From: Botryllus schlosseri
Taxonomy: Eukaryota
Assembly (NCBI GenBank): GCA_051294905.1
Contig: CM119376.1
Span: forward strand, 16,492,001 to 16,556,000
DNA: 64,000 nucleotides
Direction of reading: 5' to 3'
Shown piece by piece: positions 33,448 through 46,100 of this stretch (positions are counted from its first letter, which is position 1; every line of letters begins with the position of its first letter). The notes under the pieces are model-generated. The model had not been told where the DNA came from and made no database searches. It was given only the letters and a program-made list of their open reading frames with translations. A program made the position numbers and the translations under genes.

Positions 33448-35309
33448 ATTTAGAGTCATCCTGAGTAGGCGTACTATTGGTTGAAAATTTTGCAACATCA
33501 CCAGTTTTCCTCTCCGGTGCTTGAAAAGTGTTCTCTATTTAAGATCTCAAAATATGGCAACCCTACATTTGGCCAAAGGCAATATTTGACCGGTTTGCCG
33601 AGCGCTAAATTTGAGAACACGGTTATTAATCGAAATATGACGCTGTACTGATGATTACCAAAATATAAATTTCGTTCTGCTCATAGCCCTGTAATCCCCC
33701 AAAATCAGCCTCGCATTTTGCTTTGCGACTGAGTTTGGCATGGTGACGCAGATATTTCGTCTAGAATTACTATATGCCGCAACCTTTATAGGAGCAAGGA
33801 TTGCTCAGCTGCTCAATCGGCGGCGCGGCAATGAGCAATGCGCTTATGGTCCGATCGCGTCGCAGAGAAACGTGGTGCTGTTAATACTTTATGCAGGTGC
33901 TCTACACTACATGCTATCAGCGACAGCGGTGAGGCTAATGGGGGCTGACCGTTCAGAGAGTTTACAAATATATAAGCCCAAAATGGAGGCTGATTTAATT
34001 AGCATCATCATTCTTAGGCTAACATATTAGCACTCTTCAAACGCAATTCAAGATATAGATATGGACGGAACATGTCTGTAGACGTAAGGAAATGTATCTG
34101 CTCTGCGCTAACCCCAGGATTCATGCTACACCATTGCGCTGTGATTGTCAGGTTGTTAGCTATCAGTGAGGCAAATCCATATGTGCCTCACCTGGTCATT
34201 ACACGTCACCATTCCTGATTTCACATTCCTTGGAGATTGGGTCCCTGACGTATAAATGTTTAGATTTTCGGAATAAGTGCGACAATAGCATTTGACTAAT
34301 CCCAGTTATTAGTTACAAATTTTGAGCTGTTTGTGACGAGTTGCAGTTGCAGGCAGTGCCTCACCTGACCGTACGTCACTGCATGCTAAAGATAGTTAGA
34401 TGCTTTATTCATCCACTCCATCCCCAACACCAAAACACGTGTACATTGTACAAACTGTACATCCCATATCAACAAGATAACGTTCATCACGTTAACTCAG
34501 CAAAGCAGGAAGCTATCAAGCAGACCTGGGCATAGCGCGGTCCGCGAAAGGTTGCTTGGAATTCAAAACATAAAACTTTTATGTAGATATTCACTGGGCA
34601 GCATTTACTAACAATGTAATTTTAGTACTAAAATTAAAATACCCTGGATAGTAGATAATATAGCTAAAATGTTTCACTCGGCCCGCCATCGTTTTTCAAC
34701 TTCTCATTTGACCCGCGGAGGAAAATAATTGCCAACCCCTGCTATTGTGCCTTCTCTACCTTCCCATACAAACATAATACCAGATTCTGGAATTCCTACG
34801 TAGTTTCACATCAATACATTTACCTGAACACATACATTCATGCATAAGTTGTAACATTGAAGAATAGCAAGAAAAATGAAAATCATACATAAGTTGTTCT
34901 AAAACGTCAACATAGTCAGAAAAACTCTGGGTAGTGATTATCCTACAAAGAAGCACAATAAAAAAGAATCGCGGAACAGTAAATGCAGTTATTTGCAGGG
35001 AAGACATCTTATAATATGTTTGAGTTTCATGTATATTTCATCAACTTGATTGCAGGTTAACATTGCAGATACTGACAAGCAATATCTTGTATAATGTTCA
35101 TCACGAAGGTCCTGCAACAAATGATACTCTCAGTTAATATTCACGTGTTAACATTGTGCTTTCCTACAGCTAATAGCGTTCTTATACGATCACAGAGCCG
35201 AGTCATATTGCAAGCGAGTGATAATAGGAAGCTTGGCAGATAAGAAATGGCGAAAATCCAACCAGCTGTCTAATTGTCTGAAAACATTGTTGAACTAATG
35301 GACAGAAGC

Positions 35310-38300
35310 TCATTGGCAAAGACGCCAACATCCAGACGAAAACGGGTCATGAAAATGCTCCCCATATGATACTGAATAGTTGAATAAAACGTGCCTTGTT
35401 CAACTACAAGATGACATCCTCTAGAAGTGCCAATTAAAACGACAGGCAGGGCACTTCATCACAGTTCAGTTAACAGTTGAAGTTATTTCAAAAATTCCTA
35501 ACGCTGAAATGCTCTTGCAATACAATTGAGTGATAAAATAAATGATTACCATTCGGACTCTTGTCTCTTAATTTCTCCAACTCCTCAAGTTCGACAGACG
35601 AAACAGTTTCAGACTCTTCGCCAATATCGCCTTCAGGAACTACATACACTGCTTCGATCGAGAGTTGCTCGCCCTATTCAACATCCACTAATCAATATTC
35701 GTAGAAACGAGTTAATGCAGACTTTATACATTTGAGAAATAACGGCTTCGAATCATCAAATAGTAGTGGCAGCTCCTAATCTACAAAACGGATATCCCCC
35801 CATGACAAACTAGACCATACCTCTTTACACAGGATTTCGACGGCTTCTTTATGTACAACTTCGCGCAGCGATACTCCGTTCACGGATAGCAGAGCATCAC
35901 CCACATACAATTCTCCGGATCTTTCGACTACTCCACCAGGGTGGACTTCGGATATCAAAATTGGAACACCATGGTCTCTCCCTCCCTGAGTAAAAATGAT
36001 AGTATCATCAAACATCTTTTTAACTGACTCACCAGTCCACAGTCCAGTAATTAACTCACGGTGATGGATATACCCAGTCCTTCTTGCAAATCCTTTTTCA
36101 GTACGATTTTCCTAATCTCGCCAACACCTTGATTGCTGGAGGAATATATGTCCTGAAAGTTTGAGTTGATATTGCAGCATATACTATAGTACCGAGTCGA
36201 TAATGCGATTTTGGTAAGGAATATAAAATGAATTAACAATATGTTTGCGTAAAGATAAAGAAACTGTATAGTGTAGTCAGTAGTAGTAAGGCACTGCATC
36301 CGTATAGTATGTATATATATTTATGGGTATATATGATGGCCACTGTTCAAAGAATCATATACATCGTATAGCATCGGTTCACATGTTCTATTAGACTTGT
36401 GGTAATACCTGTCTGGGTGGTGCCGGTAATGATTCTTTCCCGCGACAAGCTTTTATGACAGTCTTTTGGCGATGAAGGTGGATCTCTGCTTCCAGTTGAC
36501 TCCACATCTTTTGAAAATTACTCGTTTGTACGTTTCTGCCAAGAAGCTGAATTTGCTGGATTCTGCAAGAACGGAAATCTAGTAATGGAGTGACGCTACT
36601 TGTACAAAATGAGGGCATTGTCGCCTAGGCTCAACATCCTCACGAACAACGGCTATTGAATTCAAATTTATCCCAGGAAAATATCTTTCTCTGGGACCAA
36701 TCGGTCATCAACTATGCAGGGAACACAGGTGGACTACTTGGCTTAGAGAGAAGCTATCTATATTTAAATTATGCATATGCCACAACAGATATATCGTCAT
36801 GATAGTAAGCAGAGCGAAGAGCAGGGAACACCTAAAGTTTTATAAGTTAATGCAAAATTAATATTCTATTATATTATTTATGCAACTGCTGCATTTTGAG
36901 AGTCTGTGATTTCAAGGTCCTAGTTTTCCTGATATACTATGTGGAGCGATCCGCTGAGCAGAAGTTACGATACCGGGTATGCCAGATGTAGCACTGGATA
37001 ACTACAGCGATCAAATAAATCTATTTTTATGGCACAGGGATTAGATATACACAATTATTATTAATTTCCCTTGCATGTATTTTTCCATGTAATTGACATA
37101 TCTTTTAGAGATTTTACAGTAGTTTCAGTAGTAATCGTAATCCATTACATTGATGCATTAATCTTCATGTGCATAGGTAGGATTCCGTAGGAATATATGA
37201 ATACAAAACCATTACAAATAGGGATCGGTGCTAGTCTAAAACTTGTAAGCTCAAGGAAATTCATGTCAATTATGATCATCGTCATCGTAATGACCATCAT
37301 TAAGCTAGTTATAAATTTCAGGTAACATTGCCGGTGTAGACTACTGTCTGTATCGGGTCATGTTTGCGGTGTATCAAATGTATCATTACAGGCCTACTTG
37401 GTCTAGGAGTGTGCGAAAATATGTAGAAACATAAAATATGTATATTAGACAGAGGTGATTAAAGTAGTCATCCAAGTAGAAGAAACAATGTAAATTTCCA
37501 CTCAAGTAAGTAAAGTAGCAGTGATTTCCAAATAAGTAAAAAAGTGAAGTATTCTAGTTAGCCTATTTTGCCTAAAAAGTGAACACTATGAAGTAGTAGT
37601 CTAAAACCAGACATGGGGTAATCGTGATTAGTAATTGTAATCGCAATCGATTACATTTGAAAAAATTCCGAAGTAATCGTAATCGGCTGCTTCCCATATC
37701 TAATCGATTTATCTGTGGAAGAACGACTACTTTTTATTTGTACAAGGACTATGACATGAACTGAACATTCGTGAACAAGGAAGAGATATCATACCAGATT
37801 CGCCACTACTCATTATATTGTCAGAAGCAGCCTATTAGCTTTGCTCGTCATTAAATAAGAAGTATCCACAGTAAATAGATATTCGTTGTACGTGCATTAG
37901 TGTGATTGTAAGAACACCCGCCGTGCCGTATATCAGGTTATCAACACGTCTCCGCTCTGCCTAGTTTAAAATAATAACTTATGTGCTGATGTTTGGTTAT
38001 GCTTAGTTAACGAGGTTTGACCGTTGCTGCTTGGCGAGCAGTAGGCGTATGTAGTGCTTACATACACCGGAAAAAGATTTGAAATTTTGTACTTGCCAAA
38101 TAATACATAAAGGTTTCCACAACGAAGCAGGTAAAATCAACAGCTGGTGATATATATATCATAACCAAGCCGTTTCTCGTAATGGCAGCTTGCAGTACAA
38201 TATCTGTATCAAGTTGAAGGCAGAATTTTATGTTCGCTTTATCTTATTCTCATATGACTCTACTTGAAACGGGCGCAAATCGTTCACAATTCTTTACTCA

Positions 38301-41013
38301 ACATTGGGACTTGCCGCCATGGCAAGTATATCATGTTAGCGTGGGTTGTTGCTAGAATCAGGACCAAAACAGCAATTCGTTCCCCAGTCCAAATGTTGGT
38401 CTTTGGCGCCCATAGGGTGGTATTTTAAAGCTGAAGACTGAATTTCGTCAATAGTATTAGAAGTACTTCGTTATTGATCCCATCTGATAATACATAACAC
38501 AGTATAAAATGATAATTTAATCAGAGATTATACGCATCAGGGTTGGCAGATTGACTCTTTTAGGGGTCAAATTTTAAAATTTCGCTCTCTTTAGAGACAG
38601 TTGGCCCACAAATAATTCGCTTGGCTCCTCGGCTGTTTGTTTTCAATATTTGGCTCTTTTTGGAAGCAGTCGGCTTGGACTATTCAAGCTATTTAAATAA
38701 ACGTCTTTTGGGAATTACGCTGAGAATGTTTATGCCAGTGCATATCATTCGAGTGGAAACACTGTAGAAGATGTAAAATGGGAACTGTACCTGTTGAATG
38801 TAAAACTGTGTTGGAATTGAAAATAGAGATTGGGGACTGGAGGCTTGGAAGCAGAAAAAGACCCGAAGAGTATCCTCATAGTCTTAATAATGTTTGGTAA
38901 AAATTTCAAAGAAAAAAAACCTTCAACATAACTGGACATTAATTTGAGTAGCCTATATAACTTGAATAATTTTGAAATGTAAAGAAACTATTTCTTAATT
39001 GTTGATTAAAATTGAAAAAATTTACTCAGTGAAATTTTCATAACTCTCATATTATAACACGAAAGTTCATTCAGTTGCAAAAGGCTCGAAATAATAACGG
39101 GTATTGCAGTTGGATTCGGTGTCCTAAAATACTATCAACAGTTGTAGTGGATTCTGAGTTCCACAACAGTAACAGCAATATTAATCTGGAATTATTGGTG
39201 ATTGAAAAAAGGTCTATGGGCTATGCTGCAACGTTATCAACAATTTGGCTCTTTTTGGCCGTTTTTTGGACACTTTTTTTTCTCAAAAGATGTTTGACAG
39301 CCCTGTACACATACCTTCCAGCCAACTCTTTATCCAAATATTTCGCAGCAAGCCTCGCACCAAATAATTCTTTTTCGGATAAAGATAGAGAACTTCTCAG
39401 CCTCTCATTGTCGGATTGCATTTGGCGAATTTGCGCTTCTACAAGGGCTTGCTTTTTAACATCTTTGCGATAAGTTTTCAATTCTTCCTCCTGAACAGAC
39501 AGAAAAAGTTGGAGGATCGAAGTTAGAAAATGTAGTTACGTGTTCTAGAAGCGCAGATGGAATGGACTTGACACTGATGGATTCGGGAGTAATCTAGGAC
39601 TGGTATGTTTTGGAATTATCAAGACAGATGACTCACCACATTAGCACGAATCTTCGTCGCATCATCAGAGTCGGATGCCACTGTACTGTGAAGCTGAAGT
39701 TGAAGTGAATGAACTTGTCGCAAAAGCGATTTGGTTTCCGCCCTCAAGGTATCACTCTCAGCCTGGCAGTCGATGAGATCCGCACGGTAGTTGATGAGCT
39801 CAGCCTGTGAAATGATATGCACAGGATTTCCATATAAAAATCGTCGATATTGAATTCGATGCTGATATCGTCGGTAGGGAAGCCTACTTGAATACGTGTT
39901 CTGACTAATTGTATCATTCAACTAATATATTTTCTTAAGTTTTGATTGAATGATTGCTTGCTTGACAGTTTATGACGATGGTTGTAGATATTCAGTGCGT
40001 GGATCGCCTGTGACGGTTGAAGGAAGAGAGAGGTTGACTTTTCGGTTGTGTACTGTTGTGCTATTGTGGCAATTACTCTTTCAATCTTAGTAATATAGCC
40101 TACTTTGCATATCTTCTAGACCCTAGTTCAGGTATAGGCAAACTACGGCCAATAACACCGTTTTGTGTGGCCCCTGAAAGAAGAATTGTGTTGAAAATAT
40201 TGATAGAATGCGTACTCAAAATCGAATTACTGCAGGGACTCAATCAAACTTTTTCTTATTATATTTCACCACAATAATTAAATGTTATATTCTTACCATA
40301 GTATATTTTTATTTCATTGATGCCATGATAGCCCGACCTCAAGGCCAACGCATTCAAAAGATTTCAACTGGTAAACATTGCAAATAGTCAAAATGGGGAT
40401 GACTTTCAGACCACAAGTGTAATTTAACATTGTCCACTCCAGTTTACTACTTTTAGTGCAGGCTTGGAAAGACCGATTCTCACGTGTTAGGTACATTCGT
40501 TCTGTGAATGTGCAGAAGTATTTATATATATAAATCACAATTTTATACAGTGCGGCCCGCAAATGGATTAAGATGTTGAATGCAGCCTGCAAGCTAATCA
40601 TTTTGCTCACCTACATCTGCGCTATAGTTGGACACATGGACAGTTTTGAAGTTCACCGAGGCTTCCGAATTTTGTTCAATATGGAAGGAGCTCATTATCC
40701 ATTCATTGCCATTTAATATTTTCAAGTCAAACTAGCAAGCACTATATATTAAATTTGAGCACTTCTGACCAAGGGAAAATGAACTTGTTCTCACCTCTAG
40801 CTTGGCATTTTTCTGCACAACATTCTGTGACTTGTGGCAGATTTGAGCGAAACAGGAGCTCAAAGAATTCATTTTTTCTTTAGCAACCGCAAGAACATCA
40901 TCCAGGTCGTCAAGATCCGGGTCTGACAGTAGCGTATCGAGATCGACGAAGGATCGATCGAACTGCTTTTCCAGTGTGTCAATCCCCGAAAGAAGAATAG
41001 AAACTGAGCTCAT
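35310..41013 (-). CDS. GOPC: Golgi-associated PDZ and coiled-coil protein (PIST/CAL)
   Basis: Exons 41013-40795, 39804-39637, 39490-39315, 36562-36409, 36152-36060, 35985-35821, 35673-35550 and a tentative last exon 35371-35310. Motifs [61 protein letters not shown] and the PDZ loop [21 protein letters not shown]. Confidence 0.93.
37450..38486. mobile_element. Older CAGAGGTGGTC-family element with nested insertions, GOPC intron 3
   Basis: Ends cagaggtgatt / gatcccatctg; flanks atattaga / ataataca (6 of 8 match). Confidence 0.5.
38538..39305. mobile_element. hAT-type MITE, GOPC intron 3
   Basis: Ends cagggttggca / tgacagccctg; repeated tttggctctttttgg subterminal motifs; the TSD is only partly recognisable (tacgcat / tacacat). 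Confidence 0.55.
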
Positions 41014-41209
41014 GGTTACAAGTGCTTAAGACCTTATGAGAACCAGATTGTGGAGCTACTAGGTTATCAACAACACAGCTCAAGGAACCCTGCAAAAGCG
41101 CGATAGGGCGATAGGGTTAGCGACGTTAGCGTCCGCGCACATCAAAGTTACTGAACTCAAAAGAGAAGCAATGAAGTAAGCGAGTCGTTGACGATGAGCG
41201 GATGAGTGT

Positions 41210-41635
41210 CAGAGATGAGCGGATTTGAAATTTCTATGTCCTAATCCAATCCAAATCCGAACCTTCAAATCCATATCCAAATCCTAATCCATAACTTTTT
41301 CATATTCAAGTCCATGTCCAATCCTAATCCGATTTCAACTAGAAATTCAGAAAAAAAACTAATTTATGCAATGGAGGGATTCGAAAATTTTCTTTCACAA
41401 CCAACGATTCACTTGATTCAAGATAAATTAGTAACCATAAGTACATTAATAACTGATCTGAATTAAGTTTGTCGCATTCGCCACACGACATTTCAATCTC
41501 CCAGAAAATAGGTAAATCCAATCCAAATCCTAATCCGTTCTGAATAAAATGTCTAATCCAAATCCAATCCAAATCCGACAAAATTTCACAAATCCTGTTT
41601 TTTCAAAACCTAATCCTAATCCATGCTCATCTCTG
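41210..41635. mobile_element. hAT-type MITE with (T/A)AATCC-rich interior
   Basis: TIR cagagatgagc / gctcatctctg; perfect TSD ATGAGTGT at 41202-41209 and 41636-41643. Confidence 0.9.
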
Positions 41636-41689
41636 ATGAGTGTGATGGAGGAACTGTAACCAGCGATGCATGAATGAACGATAGTGGAA

Positions 41690-42480
41690 GCATAGTGTCG
41701 ACCATAGTGTCCTATATGGTGTCGACCATAGTGTCCTATATGGTGTCGACACAGGCAAATCTCACGCCTCAGTGAAATTGTATCACGGCACAATTTCCAT
41801 TTGGCTACAGGCAATTTGACGGTCATTTTTGACCGGCTGGCCGAGCATTAAATTTGGTAAAACGGGTATCAATCTAAAGCTGACTCTGCACTGATTACGA
41901 AAATATAAATTTTATTCCGCTCGTGGCCCTGGAACTCCCATAATCAGCCTCGAATTTTTCATTGTTATGTAGGCTTATCATATTTTGGAAATCTAAAAAG
42001 AGGACACTTTTTCAGAAATTTCAGACTTGCAAAACCGGAGAAGAATTCTCAAAAACCGGTGAATTTTCCCACTATGTGATCGGTTGACTAAAAAAAAGGT
42101 CATCTACTCCGCTCAGAGCCCAAAATACTGTTTTTCTCCCTACGTTGCCGGGTGGATGACTAAAAATAAAAAATAAAAAATAAAGGTCATCTTTTCGCTC
42201 AGAGCTAAATTCACCGTTTTTCACTCCGAAATACCCGCCGGTGCTTCACTTCTGTGCTAATTTGCGGCATATCACTCGCAATTTGCTCTGAATCTGACCT
42301 AAATTTTCAAATCCCAATGCAGCCGGTCAAAAATGGCCGTCAAATTGCCTGTAGTCTAATGGAAATTGCGACGTGATACAATTTCACTGAGCCGTGAGAT
42401 TTGCGTATGTCGACACCATACAGGACACTATGGTATAACCATAGCCTTTATAGCCCTTATAAAAGCTATGGTATAACAAA
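41690..42480. mobile_element. Same long-TIR family, interrupted by a hAT MITE fragment
   Basis: 41700-41850 is inverted relative to 42320-42445 (ccatagtgtcctatatggtgtcgac / gtcgacaccatacaggacactatgg). Confidence 0.7.
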
Positions 42481-42682
42481 CAGCCATCAACGGCTAGTCC
42501 CAGTTCTGATTTCTGAAGAATCGAACATCTCTCGAACGCCACCTGCTGGGTGAACAATCAAAATACTACTACAGGATAGGACAACAATGGCTGCTCAGTT
42601 CGCATTCGCATTCCATTGACCTCCGATTCCGCAGTCAAAGTGCAAACGTCAGTGATATGATCGAATGTATGTATGTAGTGAT

Positions 42683-42686
<4 letters not shown>

Positions 42687-42715
<29 letters not shown>
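42687..42715. repeat. (TG)14 microsatellite
   Basis: Direct reading of the sequence, upstream of GPR137. Confidence 0.95.
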
Positions 42716-43182
42716 CTATCTTATCTCTATCCTTACTGAAGTCACTGAACTTCGTTGCAGCATCGGCAGAGCCGTTGGCTAGACTACAGTGCATTATGTG
42801 CTTGTCTTCTTCCTACGCGTAAATTAAGTTAGTGAATATCCAGTTGGTACCTTACTGTGTTTTGTTTATGATTGTAATTTAGTAAATTACATGCAAAATA
42901 TTACTATGAGGCAACTGGTGCCGGTAGAACCGTACGACATTCCCTAAGAAAAGCTGTAATGACGCTAAAACTGGAAAGTTTCATAGCAATGATAGCTAGC
43001 ATAGTGTAAAACTATAGAGGATGTATAGTAAAACGATGCTTTGGGACTTCAGCAGTCAGAAGTGTATACAATATATGCCAAAGCATTGTACCATAGTGTA
43101 TATTTCTTACTGCCATTTTTTTTATAGATATGGGTACCTAAGATGTTCCTCTGGAACTTTGTATACTATAGGCTCGAAAGTG

Positions 43183-46100
43183 ATGGTGTACCTCGTGTTC
43201 AACTACACTTGTAGAAACGGAAGCGGCTCCAATGGATCAAGCGGCTCTCTTACTCCATCTGTGTCATCTGCAGTCAAGATCGGACTTACCGCAACATACA
43301 TTACGTTGTATTTCATTCTATTCGTTGTCGTATACACGCAGTTGTGGCTGATACTGTATTATCGGTACAAGAGAATCAGCTTCCAGACAGTGTTCTTATT
43401 TCTCTGTGCAACATGGAGCGGCCTTCGAACCACACTTTTTTCATTTTACATCCGTGATACCAGCAGAGCCAATACGTTACCGATTTTATGGGACTGGCTT
43501 TTATATTGTTTTCCCGTTTGCTTGCAGTTCTTCACGCTGTGCCTTCTTAATTTGTACTTTTCTCAGGTATGTAAATTTAATACCGATGTTAATGAAGCTC
43601 GAATTATTATCTATTACTTCATTTTGCAGGTGATGTTCAAAGCTAAGCCCAGGTATGCAGCCAATCCAAGGAAATTCAAGTAAGTATGAAACACTACACA
43701 AGTGGTAATTTGTGCTCTCAGAAGCACTAAAATATGTTCATGTCTATTGCTGATTGTTTTGTTATTTTGCGAATGATTTTTTATTATTTTTATACTGGTA
43801 TTTTTTAATATCTCCTCAATTCTCCAGTCCAATTCGGCTAGGGTTACCATACGTCCTCTTTTAAGAGGATTTGTCCTCTTTTTTGACTTTTTTGAAAGTG
43901 TCCTTTGAGATTTTGTCCTCTTTTATGAAAATTTAGGTCAGATTTAGAGCAAATTGCGAGTGATATGCCGTAAATTAGCACAGCAGTGACGCTCTGGCGG
44001 GTATTTCGGAGTGAGAAACGGTGATTTTAGCTCTGAGCGGAAAGATGACCTTTTTTTTTTAGTCAACCGATCACAAAGTGGGAAAAATTCACCGGTTTTG
44101 AGAATTCTTCTCCGGTTTTGCAAGTCGCAAATTTCTGAAAAAGTGTCCTCTTTTAAGATTTCCAAAATGTGGCAAGCCTAAACTCGGCGTGATCATGACT
44201 AATTTGGTTTCAAAATCATAAGTGTCAGTCGAAGATCGCTTGATTTTCTGTTTCTTAGTTTCAAAACTGAATACGTTCAACATTCAATCATCCAGAAGAC
44301 CAGACATAATATATACTCTAGTCATGCTTAGATCAATACTTCACATTCCAGTATCCTTTTACCCAGCTAGTGGAATTGGTGGCAATGTCACGGACAACTT
44401 TTTGTTTAATTACTTATTATTCTATGCAAAAAAACCACGGATATCTAGTTCTAGATATCCTTGAAGAAACCCTTCTGTCACGCCCAACTTATTGGTAAAA
44501 ACAACCATGGTTTCTAGTCTGGCTTTTTACCGGCTTACATCCGTATCCACGTTTGTTGGCTATAGGGCGGGCATTCCCCATGGAGGTGCGAAGCACCAAG
44601 TCAGGGGATACAGGATGCATTGTGGAATTAGGCCTACGCGCTATCTAGAGCCCAAAATTATTCTGGGCAGATTTATTCTTAGTAATGCACGCTATTCCGT
44701 CTCAATGATTTTATTGAAGGCTTAAGGGGTAGCCTATGTGCGCTAACAATGTTAAGAAACACTGCTATAGGGATGACTTGACGACTTTTGTTTGCTGCCT
44801 TTTATTCCATTTCTTAGACAGAGTGTTGGTAATATCAAGTAGATCCAACAAGTTTAGAATGGGTACTTCATTATTGATTGCATCAGGAAGCTGGAAATAT
44901 CATCTATACAGATGATAGTCAACAACTCCCAACATATGGAACCTTCCTAGGATTTCTAACTACAGTATGAAGTCGTTAAATCATTAGGCACCTATTTGAG
45001 TGGATACAGTTCAGTATTTAATATTCGGCATATATATTGCAGAAATCCTTTGCGGCTATTCTGCTTCACTTTGAGTGCAATATTTCTTGCAATGAATTTG
45101 GCATGTGCCATTGTTGTGTACAATAGCACATCGGTGAGTAATTGCGGCACCATGGTGCACGATCAGTAACATCATCCATTGTCACGGTTTCAGATTGTTG
45201 ATCCCGATATTGATATGATAAAAAAGGTGGTCACCGCCCGTGTAGTGGTGAATGACACGCTTTTTATCATCGGTGGAGCTTGGCTGACATATTGCATCGT
45301 GCGAATATCCAAGACTACTTCTGCCAACATATTATTAGAAGCAAAAGGAACTACTGTGTGTCAAGCATCGACTGTGGGAGTGGTGATACTTCTACTTTAC
45401 ACGTCACGAGCCATATACAATCTTCTGGCGATCAGCCCACTACAGTGCAAAAACCAATTGTCGACTTTTAATTTTGACTGGTATAACGTTTCCGATCAGG
45501 TACGGTTGAAAATGAATAACAAAATTAAATATATAATATGTGAAAACTTATTTTGTTTCCAGGCAGATTTTATTGATGTTAATGACTTGACGTTTGTTTT
45601 GTTTGGTATTGTCTTGTTTGTGTGGGAACTTCTACCGACGACAGTTGTGATTATCTTCTTTCGTGTACGGAGACCTGTGCAAAGCATGGTTCGTATTTCA
45701 ACAATTTCCCGAGTAGGCCTATTATATTGATTTTACTCCGTCAGTTTATCATTCTACTTGTTTGGTAATAGGATACACAGCAGAATCTGAGCAATTGGGT
45801 ATCGCTTATCCTTTCGGGTTAGGACATTTGATCAAAAGAGTGAACCCTGAATCTTTACATCGGGCTTGCTACCATAGCAGACATGAATCACTTCTAGTGT
45901 CAGTTTCCTTACTTTTTCAATCGTTCGTTTCATTGCGTGATTCAACTATCATCGTAACATATTTCAGGTGATTGACGATGCACTAAATGCACACAGCTGC
46001 AGTTCCAGGGTGTATTTCTTTGACAATCCACATCGCTATGACAGCGACGATGACTGCAGCGGCAGCTTTTCGAACCGAGAGGAAACGTGAGTGCTGTTCG

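Noticed and set aside
44351-44359. GTATCCTTT U12-type donor consensus inside GPR137 intron 2
   Set aside because: The GPR137 model is complete and in phase without an extra exon; likely a chance match.
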